Source: Lysobacterales bacterium (lineage in GTDB: Bacteria > Pseudomonadota > Gammaproteobacteria > Xanthomonadales > SZUA-5). From it: DNA of 64,000 nt. Numbering within the stretch: position 1 is the stretch's first letter; each line of letters starts with the position of its first letter. Positions 38,706 through 48,889 of the stretch are shown here, in pieces. A program made the translations under genes and the position numbers. The notes under the pieces were generated by a model. The model did not search any database, had not been told where the DNA came from, and worked only from the letters and a program-made list of their open reading frames with translations. The DNA is taken from the NCBI GenBank assembly GCA_022844165.1, contig JALHMH010000013.1:1-64000 (forward strand). Direction: 5' to 3'.

Positions 38706-41700
38706 TCATTGCGGCTCAACCACGACGATGCGTCGAACAACGGGCGTGCCGATTGCACGATTCTGTGGCCGATACATATCTTCGGCGACGGACGCTGGAA
38801 CGCTATAGGTGCCTGGCGAAACCGCACGCACCAAATAGTAGAGGTCGGTACTCGAACCGGCACTCAGCGACAGCGCAGCGACATAGCGATCTTCCCGGTA
38901 TTCCTGATAGCGAAGATTCGAACCATAGCTGCGCCACTCGTCCAGATTCGTACCATCGATTGTCAGTTCCGCGAGCTGCTTGCTATCCATCAGATTCAGA
39001 TTTTCGATCTCCAATCCGCCAGCGAGCGCGTCGGTCACCAACAGGTCCGACAACTGTTCCTCAGCGTCGATACGCAAATGCACAACCAACCCCTCACCTT
39101 CGGTCAGCGAGTCCCCGACAAACGCAGCGCCACCGTGCCGGAACCAACGGGTTGTGATGCGCACTCCGTTGCTGACCGGCGCCGGCGCTGCCAATGGTAT
39201 GCCTACGGTGTCTTGTGCAAGGAAAAACGTGCCAGTGCTGCTGACATTTAAGCTGGCACCTGCACGCAGGTCTTCGATGACGAGATCGCGCGTAAACCAG
39301 CCATCCACCTTGAACCCCTCACGTTGGGATCCAACCACCAGCTCGCCAGCCAATGGGGCCGGATTGGCAGCCAGTGCCTTTGCCAGCTTGATCAACGCAA
39401 GTTTGTCGTGCGTATTCAAAAAGAGCGACCCGCGAGCTTCGCGACTCACTTCGATCACCCGACCAGTCTCGGACTGGGGCAACAGATCGTGCTCGATGGC
39501 GACCGCCAGCGCGGCAGCACGGTCGCCAACGGCAGAAAAATAATCGCCGTAATACTCAGGGCCACGAGCGTATCGGTCGTTCAGCGCCTTTTGCGCAGCC
39601 TGCTGCGCCCGCGGAAGGTCTCCGGCCAGTTTCAGCGCCGCTGCCAGACGCATCAATGGCAACGGCCCGCGTGCACCGTCAGTCGACGAATCGAAGACGT
39701 TCCGCAACGTGCCCAATGGCGCCTGGTTCACGCGCGCCAGCACGTATCCTGCATGCGCATTGAACGCCAATTTGATGTGCTCGCCTACTTCACCCCAGCC
39801 ACGTTCCCATGACTGTGTGCCGCCGGCCAGAAGATCTTCGCGCAGACGTTCAAGGGAGCGTTGCAGCAGCCGTGCCGGTACCGCATATCCAGCGCTTTGC
39901 GCATCCTGCAGAAACTCCACGACGTAGGGCGTAATTTGCGGATCTGAGTAATCGCTTCCCGGCCAGAACCCAAAATGACCATTGTCCAATTGCATCGAAC
40001 TGATTCGATCGATGGCATAGGCGACGTTCGCTTCACGCTTCTCAGTATCAAACGCAACGCCAAGTTTGCCTGCGCTCGCCTCGCCGACGAGCACATACGG
40101 GTATCCCTTGCTCGTCGTCTGTTCGATGCATCCATAGGGGTATTCCGCAAGATCAGCAATCAGCTGATTCACCGCCAGCGGCGCGCGCGTCGATGCGCTG
40201 ACGCGCGATCTCAGGCTGCTGGGGGCCAGTCCGTCGACAGATTGCGAGAGATCGACCTCGGTTGCGCCCGTTAGTTGTTCGAGCCGTGCGACTCGTTCCG
40301 GCGCGTGCGTAGAACGAACTGCGATTTCGAACTGTCGATTCAGTTCGACATCTCCGCCACGTGCGCTTAGGGCAAACTTGCCAATGCCGACGTCGCTCAG
40401 TGCGCGCAAGGCGAAAGACAGCGTGGTTCGCTGATCGACAGCCATCCGAAGACGGCGCGCAGCGTCGTCGATCGCGATCGGTCCGCTCGCTGCAAATCCC
40501 AGTGTCAAGTCCAGTGGTTTGCCCGACAGATTGTGCAGATCCAGAGTCAACCTGGCCGTATCGTCCGGCGCCATGACTCGAGGCGTGCTGACTTCCGCCA
40601 GCAAAGGCGCACGCACCAGAGTTTCGACACTGGCGGAGCCGAACCGATCAGCGGAGAACGCCACCGCCGAGACGCGAAGCGCGCCGTTGAAGTCGGGCAC
40701 ATTCAAGGTCACTTCCGCATGACCCGCGGCATCAAGCGAAACTGCGCCGGAGAACAGGTCTACCGTCAGGACCTTCGCCGTGGGCCGGCGCGCTTGTGGC
40801 AATCCCGGCACAGCCAGATCGCCGCCGAATTTCAAGCGCGCACGTTCTCCAGCAAGCGCTTCGATGATCCGACCGTACACGTCGTAAGCATCAATCGCAT
40901 AACGACGTTTGCCAAAAAACTCTTTGATCGGATCAGGCACTTCGAATTGCGTGATGTTGAGAATTCCCTGATCGACAGCTGACACCGTGACCTGCGCGAC
41001 CTGATCGGCCAGGCCCGGCGCATTCACCGAGACTTTCAGCGGCTGGTTGGGTCGAATGGCGGCCGGTGCATTCAGCGCGAGTTCGACATTACGATCGGAC
41101 CGATCCCAGGGCACATGCGCAATCCCCACGGCACGGGAAGGTGTGATCTTGTCCTTGGACGTGCCTGGACGGAACACGAGCGCCGTTACGTATAGATCGT
41201 GACGTTGCCAATCCGAATCCAGTGTCACATCGACAGCGACCCCGGGCCGCGCGTCGAATTCGATGCTGCGCAAAACCCGATCGGTCTCGACCAACAGCAA
41301 GCCTGGGCCCGAATGGGGTGGCGTGATGGTTGCGGTCAGGGTATCGCCCACTTTGTATGTGGTCTTATCGAGCGCAACTTTAACCTTCTCCGGCCGAGCG
41401 TCGACACCGCGGTTGTCGTCATCGAAAGACCAGCCGACGTTAAACGCAAAGCGCGTCGTCAAACCCGTTTCTGGGTCGGTGATTTCGATGCGATGTGGGC
41501 CCCAGGATGCGTTGAAGACCAGGCTGCCCGGGTTGTCTCCAGGTATCTCCAGCGTCTGCGACTCGACCTCGACGAAACTCTGTGTGAAATCGACCTTCCA
41601 GCCGAGGTTCTCGTCATAGTTCCAGGTGTAGTCGCGGTCCTCACGAATCAGCCTGGCGACCAGTCCTCGCGCCGCAACACGCGTGCCGTCGGCCTTGACC

Positions 41701-43550
41701 TTGAGCACCTCAAAGCGCGCTGCGCCCTCACCGGAGAGATCGCCTTCGAATAATGGTCTTACGCCGACCAACGCTCCGGCGGGCCAAAGGGTACGCTTCA
41801 AGATTCGCGACACCGGGCGGCCACCGGTTTCGAACAGACTTCCGATCACTGTCACAGCCACCGGCCCGGCAACCTGACCCGGTTCGATGGCGATCTCCTG
41901 CCGCAAGCTGCCGCTGTCGTCGAGAGGCGCATCGATGACGTCGACTGGCTCTTTGTCAGGTGGATTGACTGGATCGCCGAAATGGTAACCTTTCAGTTCA
42001 CCAACGGGCGCGTGATCGACCGCGTACATGACTTTGGCCGTGAAGCGGTTGCCCGACGCAGGCGCGCCATACAGGTACGCTCCCTCCACGTTCAATTCCA
42101 ATGCCTGACCGGTCGCCAGCGTTTTCTGTACGCTATCGACATTGAGCTTCATGCGCTCCGGCAAGAACTCTTCGATACGAAACAAATAGCTGTGTACGGC
42201 GCCGTGCCCGCTCGGGTCGGTCGAGAGTTCCAGCCGCCAGCGACCGGTCGCCACATCCGGCGGCATCGCGCGCTCGTAAAGGTAATAGCCGGCGTTGTTC
42301 GCCTTGAGTTGCGCACTCGCGTAGACGCGTCCGTCAGGTTGCTTGAGGAATCCAAACAGCGGCGGATTGCCTGCCGTTCGACCATCAGAATCGCGTAATA
42401 GTGCGCTAATTCGCAGTGGCTCGCCAGGCCGGTATAGATCGCGCCCGGACCAAATAAAGAGGCTCGTTTCGCCACCGGTTCTTCCGGCGATATCAAAATC
42501 GCTCAGGTCGAGCGCAGGCTGGTGAAAAGGCAGCAAACTGAGCTCATCGCCCCTGGCTGCCAACAACACGTTCGCAGTGGCGAAAGGCGCATCGAGCACA
42601 GCCAAACCATCGCTGTCAGTCGCCAGTGACTGCAGCGTGACGCCGTTGCCATCGATCAGAGTCAGGTCGACGCCGCCTAGCGCCTTTCCGCTCGCCAGCG
42701 AGCGTGCCGCCACCCAGGTTTTGTGAGCATGACGACGCACATGAACGCCAATATCGCTACGCACGAAGTAGTTGGTTTGGAAGTCGGTACTGACTTGCCC
42801 GGCAGGCTTCATCAAAACGAAGTACAGGCCCGGCGGGGTCAGTTCATCGATTTGATGAACCGGAACATGCGTGGTTCGCCTTTCGTTGGCGCCACCGCCC
42901 GTCACAAAGCGGTTGAGATACACCGAGTCTGCAATGCGCTTCAATACGTTGAGATCCCAGTATCCGCGTCGACCTCCGCTTTGGAACTCCCGCAAAAACC
43001 GTGGCACGCTTTGGGAACGGACCCGATAAAACTCAATATCGACTTCCGGTACGTTGATGGTCAGGATTGGCAACCCATCGGTACCTTGTGCTGGTAGCAC
43101 GCTGCCTTGGCTGGCAAACAGGGCGGCTGGCGGCAGATCGACACTGGACACTTCGCTGATCTGGCCGCTGGCAAGCGAATCGCCACCGGCACTGACGATG
43201 CCAGGGGCAATTTCGATCTTGAACTTCTCCTGCGCTTTGACGTTTGGGAATGTGATCAGTCGACTTTCGTCCTGCATCACCCACGAGCCATCCACCGTCT
43301 TCCCGTCGCTCCCGGTCACCTTAATGTACTGATTGAGATCCTGCGCCTGGGCCAACGGCTCAGAGAAGCGAATCGTAAGCGCCGGCCGGCCCTCGTCGGC
43401 CTCGCCGGTGATCGACAGGATCGAAAACTCGCTCGCTGCCGATGCATCCGTCGTAACCGCGATTTCCTGAGCCGGTACCGCAGGCGTATCTTGGCGACAC
43501 GCCACCAGAGCGAACAGCAAGAGCGTTACAACCGCAAACCGTCTGGCCAT
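38706..43550 (-). CDS. Bacterial alpha-2-macroglobulin family lipoprotein (YfhM-like)
   Basis: Lipobox LVAC, 'RDLYRPGE', 'EEFLPER', thioester YPYGCIEQ, C-terminal 'RAVSPG.Y..P...EDMYRP'. Confidence 0.95.
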   Translation of the reverse strand: MARRFAVVTLLLFALVACRQDTPAVPAQEIAVTTDASAASEFSILSITGEADEGRPALTIRFSEPLAQAQDLNQYIKVTGSDGKTVDGSWVMQDESRLITFPNVKAQEKFKIEIAPGIVSAGGDSLASGQISEVSSVDLPPAALFASQGSVLPAQGTDGLPILTINVPEVDIEFYRVRSQSVPRFLREFQSGGRRGYWDLNVLKRIADSVYLNRFVTGGGANERRTTHVPVHQIDELTPPGLYFVLMKPAGQVSTDFQTNYFVRSDIGVHVRRHAHKTWVAARSLASGKALGGVDLTLIDGNGVTLQSLATDSDGLAVLDAPFATANVLLAARGDELSLLPFHQPALDLSDFDIAGRTGGETSLFIWSGRDLYRPGEPLRISALLRDSDGRTAGNPPLFGFLKQPDGRVYASAQLKANNAGYYLYERAMPPDVATGRWRLELSTDPSGHGAVHSYLFRIEEFLPERMKLNVDSVQKTLATGQALELNVEGAYLYGAPASGNRFTAKVMYAVDHAPVGELKGYHFGDPVNPPDKEPVDVIDAPLDDSGSLRQEIAIEPGQVAGPVAVTVIGSLFETGGRPVSRILKRTLWPAGALVGVRPLFEGDLSGEGAARFEVLKVKADGTRVAARGLVARLIREDRDYTWNYDENLGWKVDFTQSFVEVESQTLEIPGDNPGSLVFNASWGPHRIEITDPETGLTTRFAFNVGWSFDDDNRGVDARPEKVKVALDKTTYKVGDTLTATITPPHSGPGLLLVETDRVLRSIEFDARPGVAVDVTLDSDWQRHDLYVTALVFRPGTSKDKITPSRAVGIAHVPWDRSDRNVELALNAPAAIRPNQPLKVSVNAPGLADQVAQVTVSAVDQGILNITQFEVPDPIKEFFGKRRYAIDAYDVYGRIIEALAGERARLKFGGDLAVPGLPQARRPTAKVLTVDLFSGAVSLDAAGHAEVTLNVPDFNGALRVSAVAFSADRFGSASVETLVRAPLLAEVSTPRVMAPDDTARLTLDLHNLSGKPLDLTLGFAASGPIAIDDAARRLRMAVDQRTTLSFALRALSDVGIGKFALSARGGDVELNRQFEIAVRSTHAPERVARLEQLTGATEVDLSQSVDGLAPSSLRSRVSASTRAPLAVNQLIADLAEYPYGCIEQTTSKGYPYVLVGEASAGKLGVAFDTEKREANVAYAIDRISSMQLDNGHFGFWPGSDYSDPQITPYVVEFLQDAQSAGYAVPARLLQRSLERLREDLLAGGTQSWERGWGEVGEHIKLAFNAHAGYVLARVNQAPLGTLRNVFDSSTDGARGPLPLMRLAAALKLAGDLPRAQQAAQKALNDRYARGPEYYGDYFSAVGDRAAALAVAIEHDLLPQSETGRVIEVSREARGSLFLNTHDKLALIKLAKALAANPAPLAGELVVGSQREGFKVDGWFTRDLVIEDLRAGASLNVSSTGTFFLAQDTVGIPLAAPAPVSNGVRITTRWFRHGGAAFVGDSLTEGEGLVVHLRIDAEEQLSDLLVTDALAGGLEIENLNLMDSKQLAELTIDGTNLDEWRSYGSNLRYQEYREDRYVAALSLSAGSSTDLYYLVRAVSPGTYSVPASVAEDMYRPQNRAIGTPVVRRIVVVEPQ

Positions 43551-43637
43551 GCGAAACTCCGGATCAATGTTTGCCGGCATTCTATGCCTGCCGCTGCAAA
43601 CCATGTTCGATTTGGCCCGCGTGCCCGCACCCGGTCG

Positions 43638-43797
43638 TTAGCAGGCTGTTGAGAAACAGCCTGCGGGCGCGAACCATGGATCGTTCGCACATGGGTCGAG
43701 CACGTAAGTGCGTGATCCGTGGAGAGCGAGTCCGGACATGTGCCGGACTCGCGACTTGAGAAACGCACAGGAAGAGCGTTTCTCAACAACGTGTTAG
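43638..43797 (+). mobile_element. MITE-like repeat family B, copy 1
   Basis: TTAG-CAGGCTGTTGAGAAAC ... GTTTCTCAACAACGTG-TTAG: terminal inverted repeats, TTAG at both ends, internal hairpin GCGAGTCCGG..CCGGACTCGC. Confidence 0.75.
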
Positions 43798-43894
43798 TCA
43801 TCTCCAATTGGTCATCACTACACAAATACTTGCGATGTCCGTGATTTAAGCGTGGAATTCGCAACATAAGCCGAGTCACAGGGGAAATTTTGGC

Positions 43895-46800
43895 ATGTCA
43901 CCACATTGGCTTCGACAAGCGCTGGCTTCGCTCACGCTGCTTTTAGTCACTGCTCAGGCGCTGGCGCAAGCCGATCTGGCGGTGACGGTGAGCGACAATC
44001 CAGATCCCGTGGCGGTCAACGCCAATGTCGATTACACCGTCAATGTAAGCAATGCTGCGGCTTCGCCGTCAGCCGACGGCGTGAACGCCAACATTTTCTA
44101 CGCATCGGCGTTAACGCCAGTACCGCAACCGACGCCGGGTTGGACGTGTACCGGCGTAAACCCGATCAACTGCGCATTGAGTGGCGGATCGCTGGCCGGC
44201 GGCAGCAGTGCGACGCCGTTAGTGCTGCGTTTTCAAGCGCCGGCGGCGCCGCAAACGGTACAGATTTCCGTCACCTCGTTGTTCACAGGATCGGATATCA
44301 ATCCAGCCAACAATACCAACATCACGCAATCGACCCAGGTCATCGTCGCCCAGGCCAATCTGAATGCCGCGATTGTTGCCAGCACCCCGACCGCGAACGT
44401 TGGCACGCCGCTTAGCTTCACGACACAAATCAGTAACTTAGGCCCTGGAAATGCGCCGAATACGGTGGTCAATGGCATATTGAGCGGGCCAATCCAATTC
44501 AGCGGATTTTCCACATCGCCAGCCTGGAATTGCACATTCAATGCCAATGGTGGTGTCGTGCAGTGCACTTACATCGCTGGCAGTCCCACGGGCACGCTGG
44601 CCAATGGCGTCACCGCGTCGAACATTGTCATCAATGGCGTTGCAGGCCCGGGAACGGGCAACGCCCAACTGACCATGACACCCTCCTCAAGCGCGCCAGA
44701 CCCGAGCCCGGGCGGTGCAACCGCCTCGATTGCAGTCAGCAATCCGCCGCCACCGGCGGTCGATCTTTCGCTGATCCAATCCGTCGTCGGCATACAGCCC
44801 ATCGGTAGAGGCCAGCCCTTCACGTTCCGCTTGCAGGTGTCCAACAGTACTGCCAGCAACCAGCAGGCGAGCGGCGTCTCGATCAATGATCCGCTGCCCG
44901 CCGGTATCAGCTTGCAGTCGTTCAGCGGCAGCAACTGGTCATGCACCGGCAGTGTCGTTTGCAGCTTCGGCGGCACCCTGGCGATTGGTCAGGCGGCACC
45001 CCCGCTGGATTTAGTCGTGGTGTACAACCTGCCCGTGCCAACCAATGGATCGAGCGTCACCAATGTTGCGACCGTGACCGGCGCAGAAGCGGACCCGAAC
45101 GTCAACAATAACACCGCCAGTGCGATCGCCAATCTGCGCGGCACTGCGGACGTCAGTGTTGCGCTCACCGGACCGGCAAGTGTGATTGCCGGAAGCCCGT
45201 TCACGACCACACTCACAGCAAGCAACAGCGGCCCCGATGATGCGGCGAATGTCTCAACCAGCGTAACCTTCAGCCCAGTGTTCACAGTCGACACTGTTTC
45301 TGGCGGCGCAGGGTGGTCATGCATTGCGGCTGGCCAGAACGTCAGCTGCACCAGATCGACTTTTGCGGTTGGCAGCAGCGTTGCCGCAACGATCGGGCTT
45401 CTGGCGTCGAGCGCCGGCACCGGCAATAGCACCGCGACAATCGACACGAGCAGTTTCGACCCGAACACAGCCAACAATGCGTCCGCGCTGTCGACCGTCG
45501 TGGCGGCGCAGAACAGTTCATTGGCACTATCGATGACGGATAGCGCCGATCCCGTCGCGACCGGCGACGAGTTCGACTATGTGATCACGGTGACCAACAC
45601 TGGCAACATCCCGCAGAACAATTTTACGCTGGTCGATACGCTGCCCACACAAGTCAGCTTCAGGAGTTTCACGGGGACAGGCTGGACGTGTACCGGCACG
45701 GCTATCGTCAACTGCAGCCTGCCGGCTACGCTGGCCCCAAATGCGAGCAGCAATCTTCGTTTGCGGGTTCGCGCCGAATCTGCCGGCACCGCGTCCAATC
45801 AGGCGCAGGTCAGCTCGGCCCAATCGGCGACATCAACGTCCGCCAGCGAGTCGACGCTGATCACCGCCAATCTGGCGCTGCAATTCACGAACATCGCAAC
45901 ACCCAGCAGCGTCCCGGTGGGCGGCGATATCAGTTTTGCGCTGACTGTCCGCAACGCCTCGCCAACCGCCGATGCCAACGGCCTCGTATTGATCAACACT
46001 CTGCCACCCGGCGTTCAGTTCCGGAACGTTGACGCGCCCGATTGGGTGTGCGCTTCGCAAGGCCAATTGGTGGACTGCCGCCGCAACACGCTCGCACGCA
46101 ATGCAGAGTCGTTGTTGACGATCGTGGCTACGGTAACAAGCCCAGGCTCTCTGGTTAACCGAGCCCAATTGAACGCCAACAATCTTCCGACGGCCCTGGT
46201 TGCGAATGCGCCGTTCACGGTGGTACCGGCTCCATCAGGCGTCGACCTGGTCCTTGAGCTAAGCGACACGCCAGATCCGGTCACGGTGGGCGAAGTCTTC
46301 GAATTGACTTCGCGTATCGTCAACTTTGGCCCGCAATCTGCGACGGGCCTGACCTTGACCATTCCACTGGCCGCAGGCGTCGAGGGCGTCGGATTCAGCG
46401 GTGCCGGCTGGTCCTGCACTTTTGGAACGCAAGCGGTATGCACGCTGTCATCGTTGGCCGTTGACGGGCAAGCGTCGGTATCGGTCCGGGTTCGGAGCGC
46501 ACAGGCTGGCACCGTGACACATAGCGCGTCGGTCACGTCCCAGCAAATCGAAGCAACCCCCAGTAACAACACGGATACAGAAACAACGACCGTCCAGAAC
46601 ATCGTTGTGCCTCCGCAATCAGCCGACCTGCAATTGAGCGCCAGTGCACCAGCGAGTGCTGCAGCTGGCACTACGGTTGAGATATCGGCGAGCTTGAGGA
46701 ACCGCGGCCCAGGCGCTGCCTCGATGGTTGTACTTCGCACCACACCAGGCGGCCCGTTGACCCTCTCGGCCGGCTCCGGCACAGGTTTCACCTGCGGTGC

Positions 46801-48631
46801 AGAAGGCTCTGCCCTGGTTTGCCGCGGTGCCGGGCTGCCCGCGAACCAAACTGCGGAATTGCGCCTGACGGGCCAGATCAATGCCAACGGCACAGGCTCG
46901 GCGACAGCGACGCTCGCTTTGTCTTCCGCAACGCCTGACCCGGTTCCAGCCGACAATTCGGCCAGTGTCTCGATCACCGTAACGCCACCGCAGCCGCAAA
47001 CGGCTGACTTGTCGATCGTCAAGACCGATAGCGTTGATCCCGTTTTGTTTGCTGCACCCTTCAGCTATACATTGACCGTGCGCAATCTCGGGCCTACAGC
47101 GGCAGCCGGTGTTGTGATTCGCGACACACTGCCCTCTGGCGTGATTTTGGTTTCGGCCACTGGTCCTGGGCTCACCTGCACTGGCACCACAGCGATCGAA
47201 TGTCGCGCGAACGCGCCGTTACCGGCCAGTCAGATACTGACCGCTACCTTGCAGGTGACCGCGCCGACAACAGCTGGAACCGTGACCAACGAAGCGACCG
47301 TCAGCGCGACTACCGCCGATCCGCAGCCGAGCAACAATCGCGCAACGCAGGAAACCACGGTACGCGCCCCGGCCGACGACGATGCAGAAGAGGAAATCGA
47401 AGAAAACGTCAATCCGCTCGACCCGATTGCCAACGAAGCCGCGCGTCCCGTCGTGCAATTGTGCTCCGGAGCCAGCGGACAAGTTGCTGCATTCTGCAAT
47501 GCGCTATTGGGGCAAGCAGCAACCGGCAACGATGTCACCGATGCGGTGCGCGCTGTGTACCCTGAGGAAGTGCTCTCGCAATTCACATCGCTCAACCAAT
47601 TGTCGACCACGCAGTTCTTCAATGTCGATGCGCGAATGGCCGAGTTGCGGGGCGGCGGCGGTGGCTTCAGCCTTTCCGGGCTGACTGTCATCAATGGCAG
47701 CCAGGCAATTCCACTGAGCCTGTTCAGCGGATTGATCGATGATGAGCCTGAAATCGGCGGCGCCGGCGACTTGATCAGCCCGTGGGGGTTCTTTGCCAAC
47801 GGTACGGTCAGCAGGGGCGATCAGTCGATCCGGCCTGGCGAACGTGAGGTGGTGCAGGATTTCGATTCCGTCGGTGTAACCGCTGGCGTCGACTATCGAT
47901 ACAGCGCCCGTTTTGTGCTTGGCGCTGCGATCGGGTACAACCAATTCAGTTCGGGGCTGACCGATTCGGGCGCTCTGGACACCGATGGATTTACTCTGAC
48001 CGGGTATGGCTCGTATTACGTCAGCGACAAAGTCTATGTCGACTCGCGCGTCAGCTACGGCCGCGTGTCGTTAGACCAGACGCGGCGCATTCGCGCAACG
48101 TTGGGTAACTTCTCGGTCGACGACACCGCGAGCGGGCAGACCGATGCGACGCAACTCAGTTTCGCCACCAGTATCGGCTACCACATCAACCGGGCTGGAT
48201 GGACAATCACGCCGAATGCGTTCTTGCGGTATGTGCAAAGCGATGTCGATGCCTTTTCCGAACAGGGCAGCGCGTTTGCGGCACGCTTCAGCAGCCAGGA
48301 TGTGGACTCGCTTGTCTACGGCGTCGGCTTGCAGGTGAATCGCGCATTTAGCTTGGACAACGGGGTGTTGTTGCCCAGCTTCGATTTGACCTGGAATCAA
48401 GAAGCCAAAGCCGACGACACCGAGATCGGCGCCGCCTTCATCAACGGCGATGCGGGCGAAGCGTTTGTCCTCAGACCGGATACACCCGACCGTAGCTACG
48501 GTTCGGTTGGATTTGGGTTGGTTTACATCCTCGCGAACGGACGACAAGCTTACCTGCAATTCCGAGAGTCCATCGGCCAGGAAGGTCTGGACCGATCAAC
48601 GCTGAACTTTGGGGCACGCTTTGAGTTCTAA
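43895..48631 (+). CDS. Autotransporter with nine DUF11 (Ig-like) passenger repeats
   Basis: Signal peptide. Nine 'DL.(V/I)...D..DPV..G....T..V.N.GP..A' repeats, each with a Cys pair. C-terminal beta-barrel ending GARFEF. Confidence 0.92.
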   Translation: MSPHWLRQALASLTLLLVTAQALAQADLAVTVSDNPDPVAVNANVDYTVNVSNAAASPSADGVNANIFYASALTPVPQPTPGWTCTGVNPINCALSGGSLAGGSSATPLVLRFQAPAAPQTVQISVTSLFTGSDINPANNTNITQSTQVIVAQANLNAAIVASTPTANVGTPLSFTTQISNLGPGNAPNTVVNGILSGPIQFSGFSTSPAWNCTFNANGGVVQCTYIAGSPTGTLANGVTASNIVINGVAGPGTGNAQLTMTPSSSAPDPSPGGATASIAVSNPPPPAVDLSLIQSVVGIQPIGRGQPFTFRLQVSNSTASNQQASGVSINDPLPAGISLQSFSGSNWSCTGSVVCSFGGTLAIGQAAPPLDLVVVYNLPVPTNGSSVTNVATVTGAEADPNVNNNTASAIANLRGTADVSVALTGPASVIAGSPFTTTLTASNSGPDDAANVSTSVTFSPVFTVDTVSGGAGWSCIAAGQNVSCTRSTFAVGSSVAATIGLLASSAGTGNSTATIDTSSFDPNTANNASALSTVVAAQNSSLALSMTDSADPVATGDEFDYVITVTNTGNIPQNNFTLVDTLPTQVSFRSFTGTGWTCTGTAIVNCSLPATLAPNASSNLRLRVRAESAGTASNQAQVSSAQSATSTSASESTLITANLALQFTNIATPSSVPVGGDISFALTVRNASPTADANGLVLINTLPPGVQFRNVDAPDWVCASQGQLVDCRRNTLARNAESLLTIVATVTSPGSLVNRAQLNANNLPTALVANAPFTVVPAPSGVDLVLELSDTPDPVTVGEVFELTSRIVNFGPQSATGLTLTIPLAAGVEGVGFSGAGWSCTFGTQAVCTLSSLAVDGQASVSVRVRSAQAGTVTHSASVTSQQIEATPSNNTDTETTTVQNIVVPPQSADLQLSASAPASAAAGTTVEISASLRNRGPGAASMVVLRTTPGGPLTLSAGSGTGFTCGAEGSALVCRGAGLPANQTAELRLTGQINANGTGSATATLALSSATPDPVPADNSASVSITVTPPQPQTADLSIVKTDSVDPVLFAAPFSYTLTVRNLGPTAAAGVVIRDTLPSGVILVSATGPGLTCTGTTAIECRANAPLPASQILTATLQVTAPTTAGTVTNEATVSATTADPQPSNNRATQETTVRAPADDDAEEEIEENVNPLDPIANEAARPVVQLCSGASGQVAAFCNALLGQAATGNDVTDAVRAVYPEEVLSQFTSLNQLSTTQFFNVDARMAELRGGGGGFSLSGLTVINGSQAIPLSLFSGLIDDEPEIGGAGDLISPWGFFANGTVSRGDQSIRPGEREVVQDFDSVGVTAGVDYRYSARFVLGAAIGYNQFSSGLTDSGALDTDGFTLTGYGSYYVSDKVYVDSRVSYGRVSLDQTRRIRATLGNFSVDDTASGQTDATQLSFATSIGYHINRAGWTITPNAFLRYVQSDVDAFSEQGSAFAARFSSQDVDSLVYGVGLQVNRAFSLDNGVLLPSFDLTWNQEAKADDTEIGAAFINGDAGEAFVLRPDTPDRSYGSVGFGLVYILANGRQAYLQFRESIGQEGLDRSTLNFGARFEF

Positions 48632-48769
48632 CACGTTGCTCAGAAGCGCACTTCTTGTGCGTTTCTCATGTCGCGAGTCCGGCACATGTGCGGACTCGCT
48701 CTCAATGGATCAAGCACTTACGTGTTCGACCCATGGTTCGCGCCCGAAGGCTGTTTCTCAACAGCCTGC
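48628..48769 (-). mobile_element. MITE-like repeat family B, copy 2 (inverted relative to copy 1)
   Basis: Reverse complement aligns along its length with 43641-43797. Its CTAA end overlaps the autotransporter stop codon. Confidence 0.75.
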
Positions 48770-48889
48770 CATAGCGCGAACGCACTTTCCTTCGCGCTTA
48801 CAAGTTGCCGTGGGATTGGTTTTGTCTAATGTGTCCTGCTCAATCGCGATATCACGTTGTCACGCAATAACCATAGTGGAGCCTGGGCC

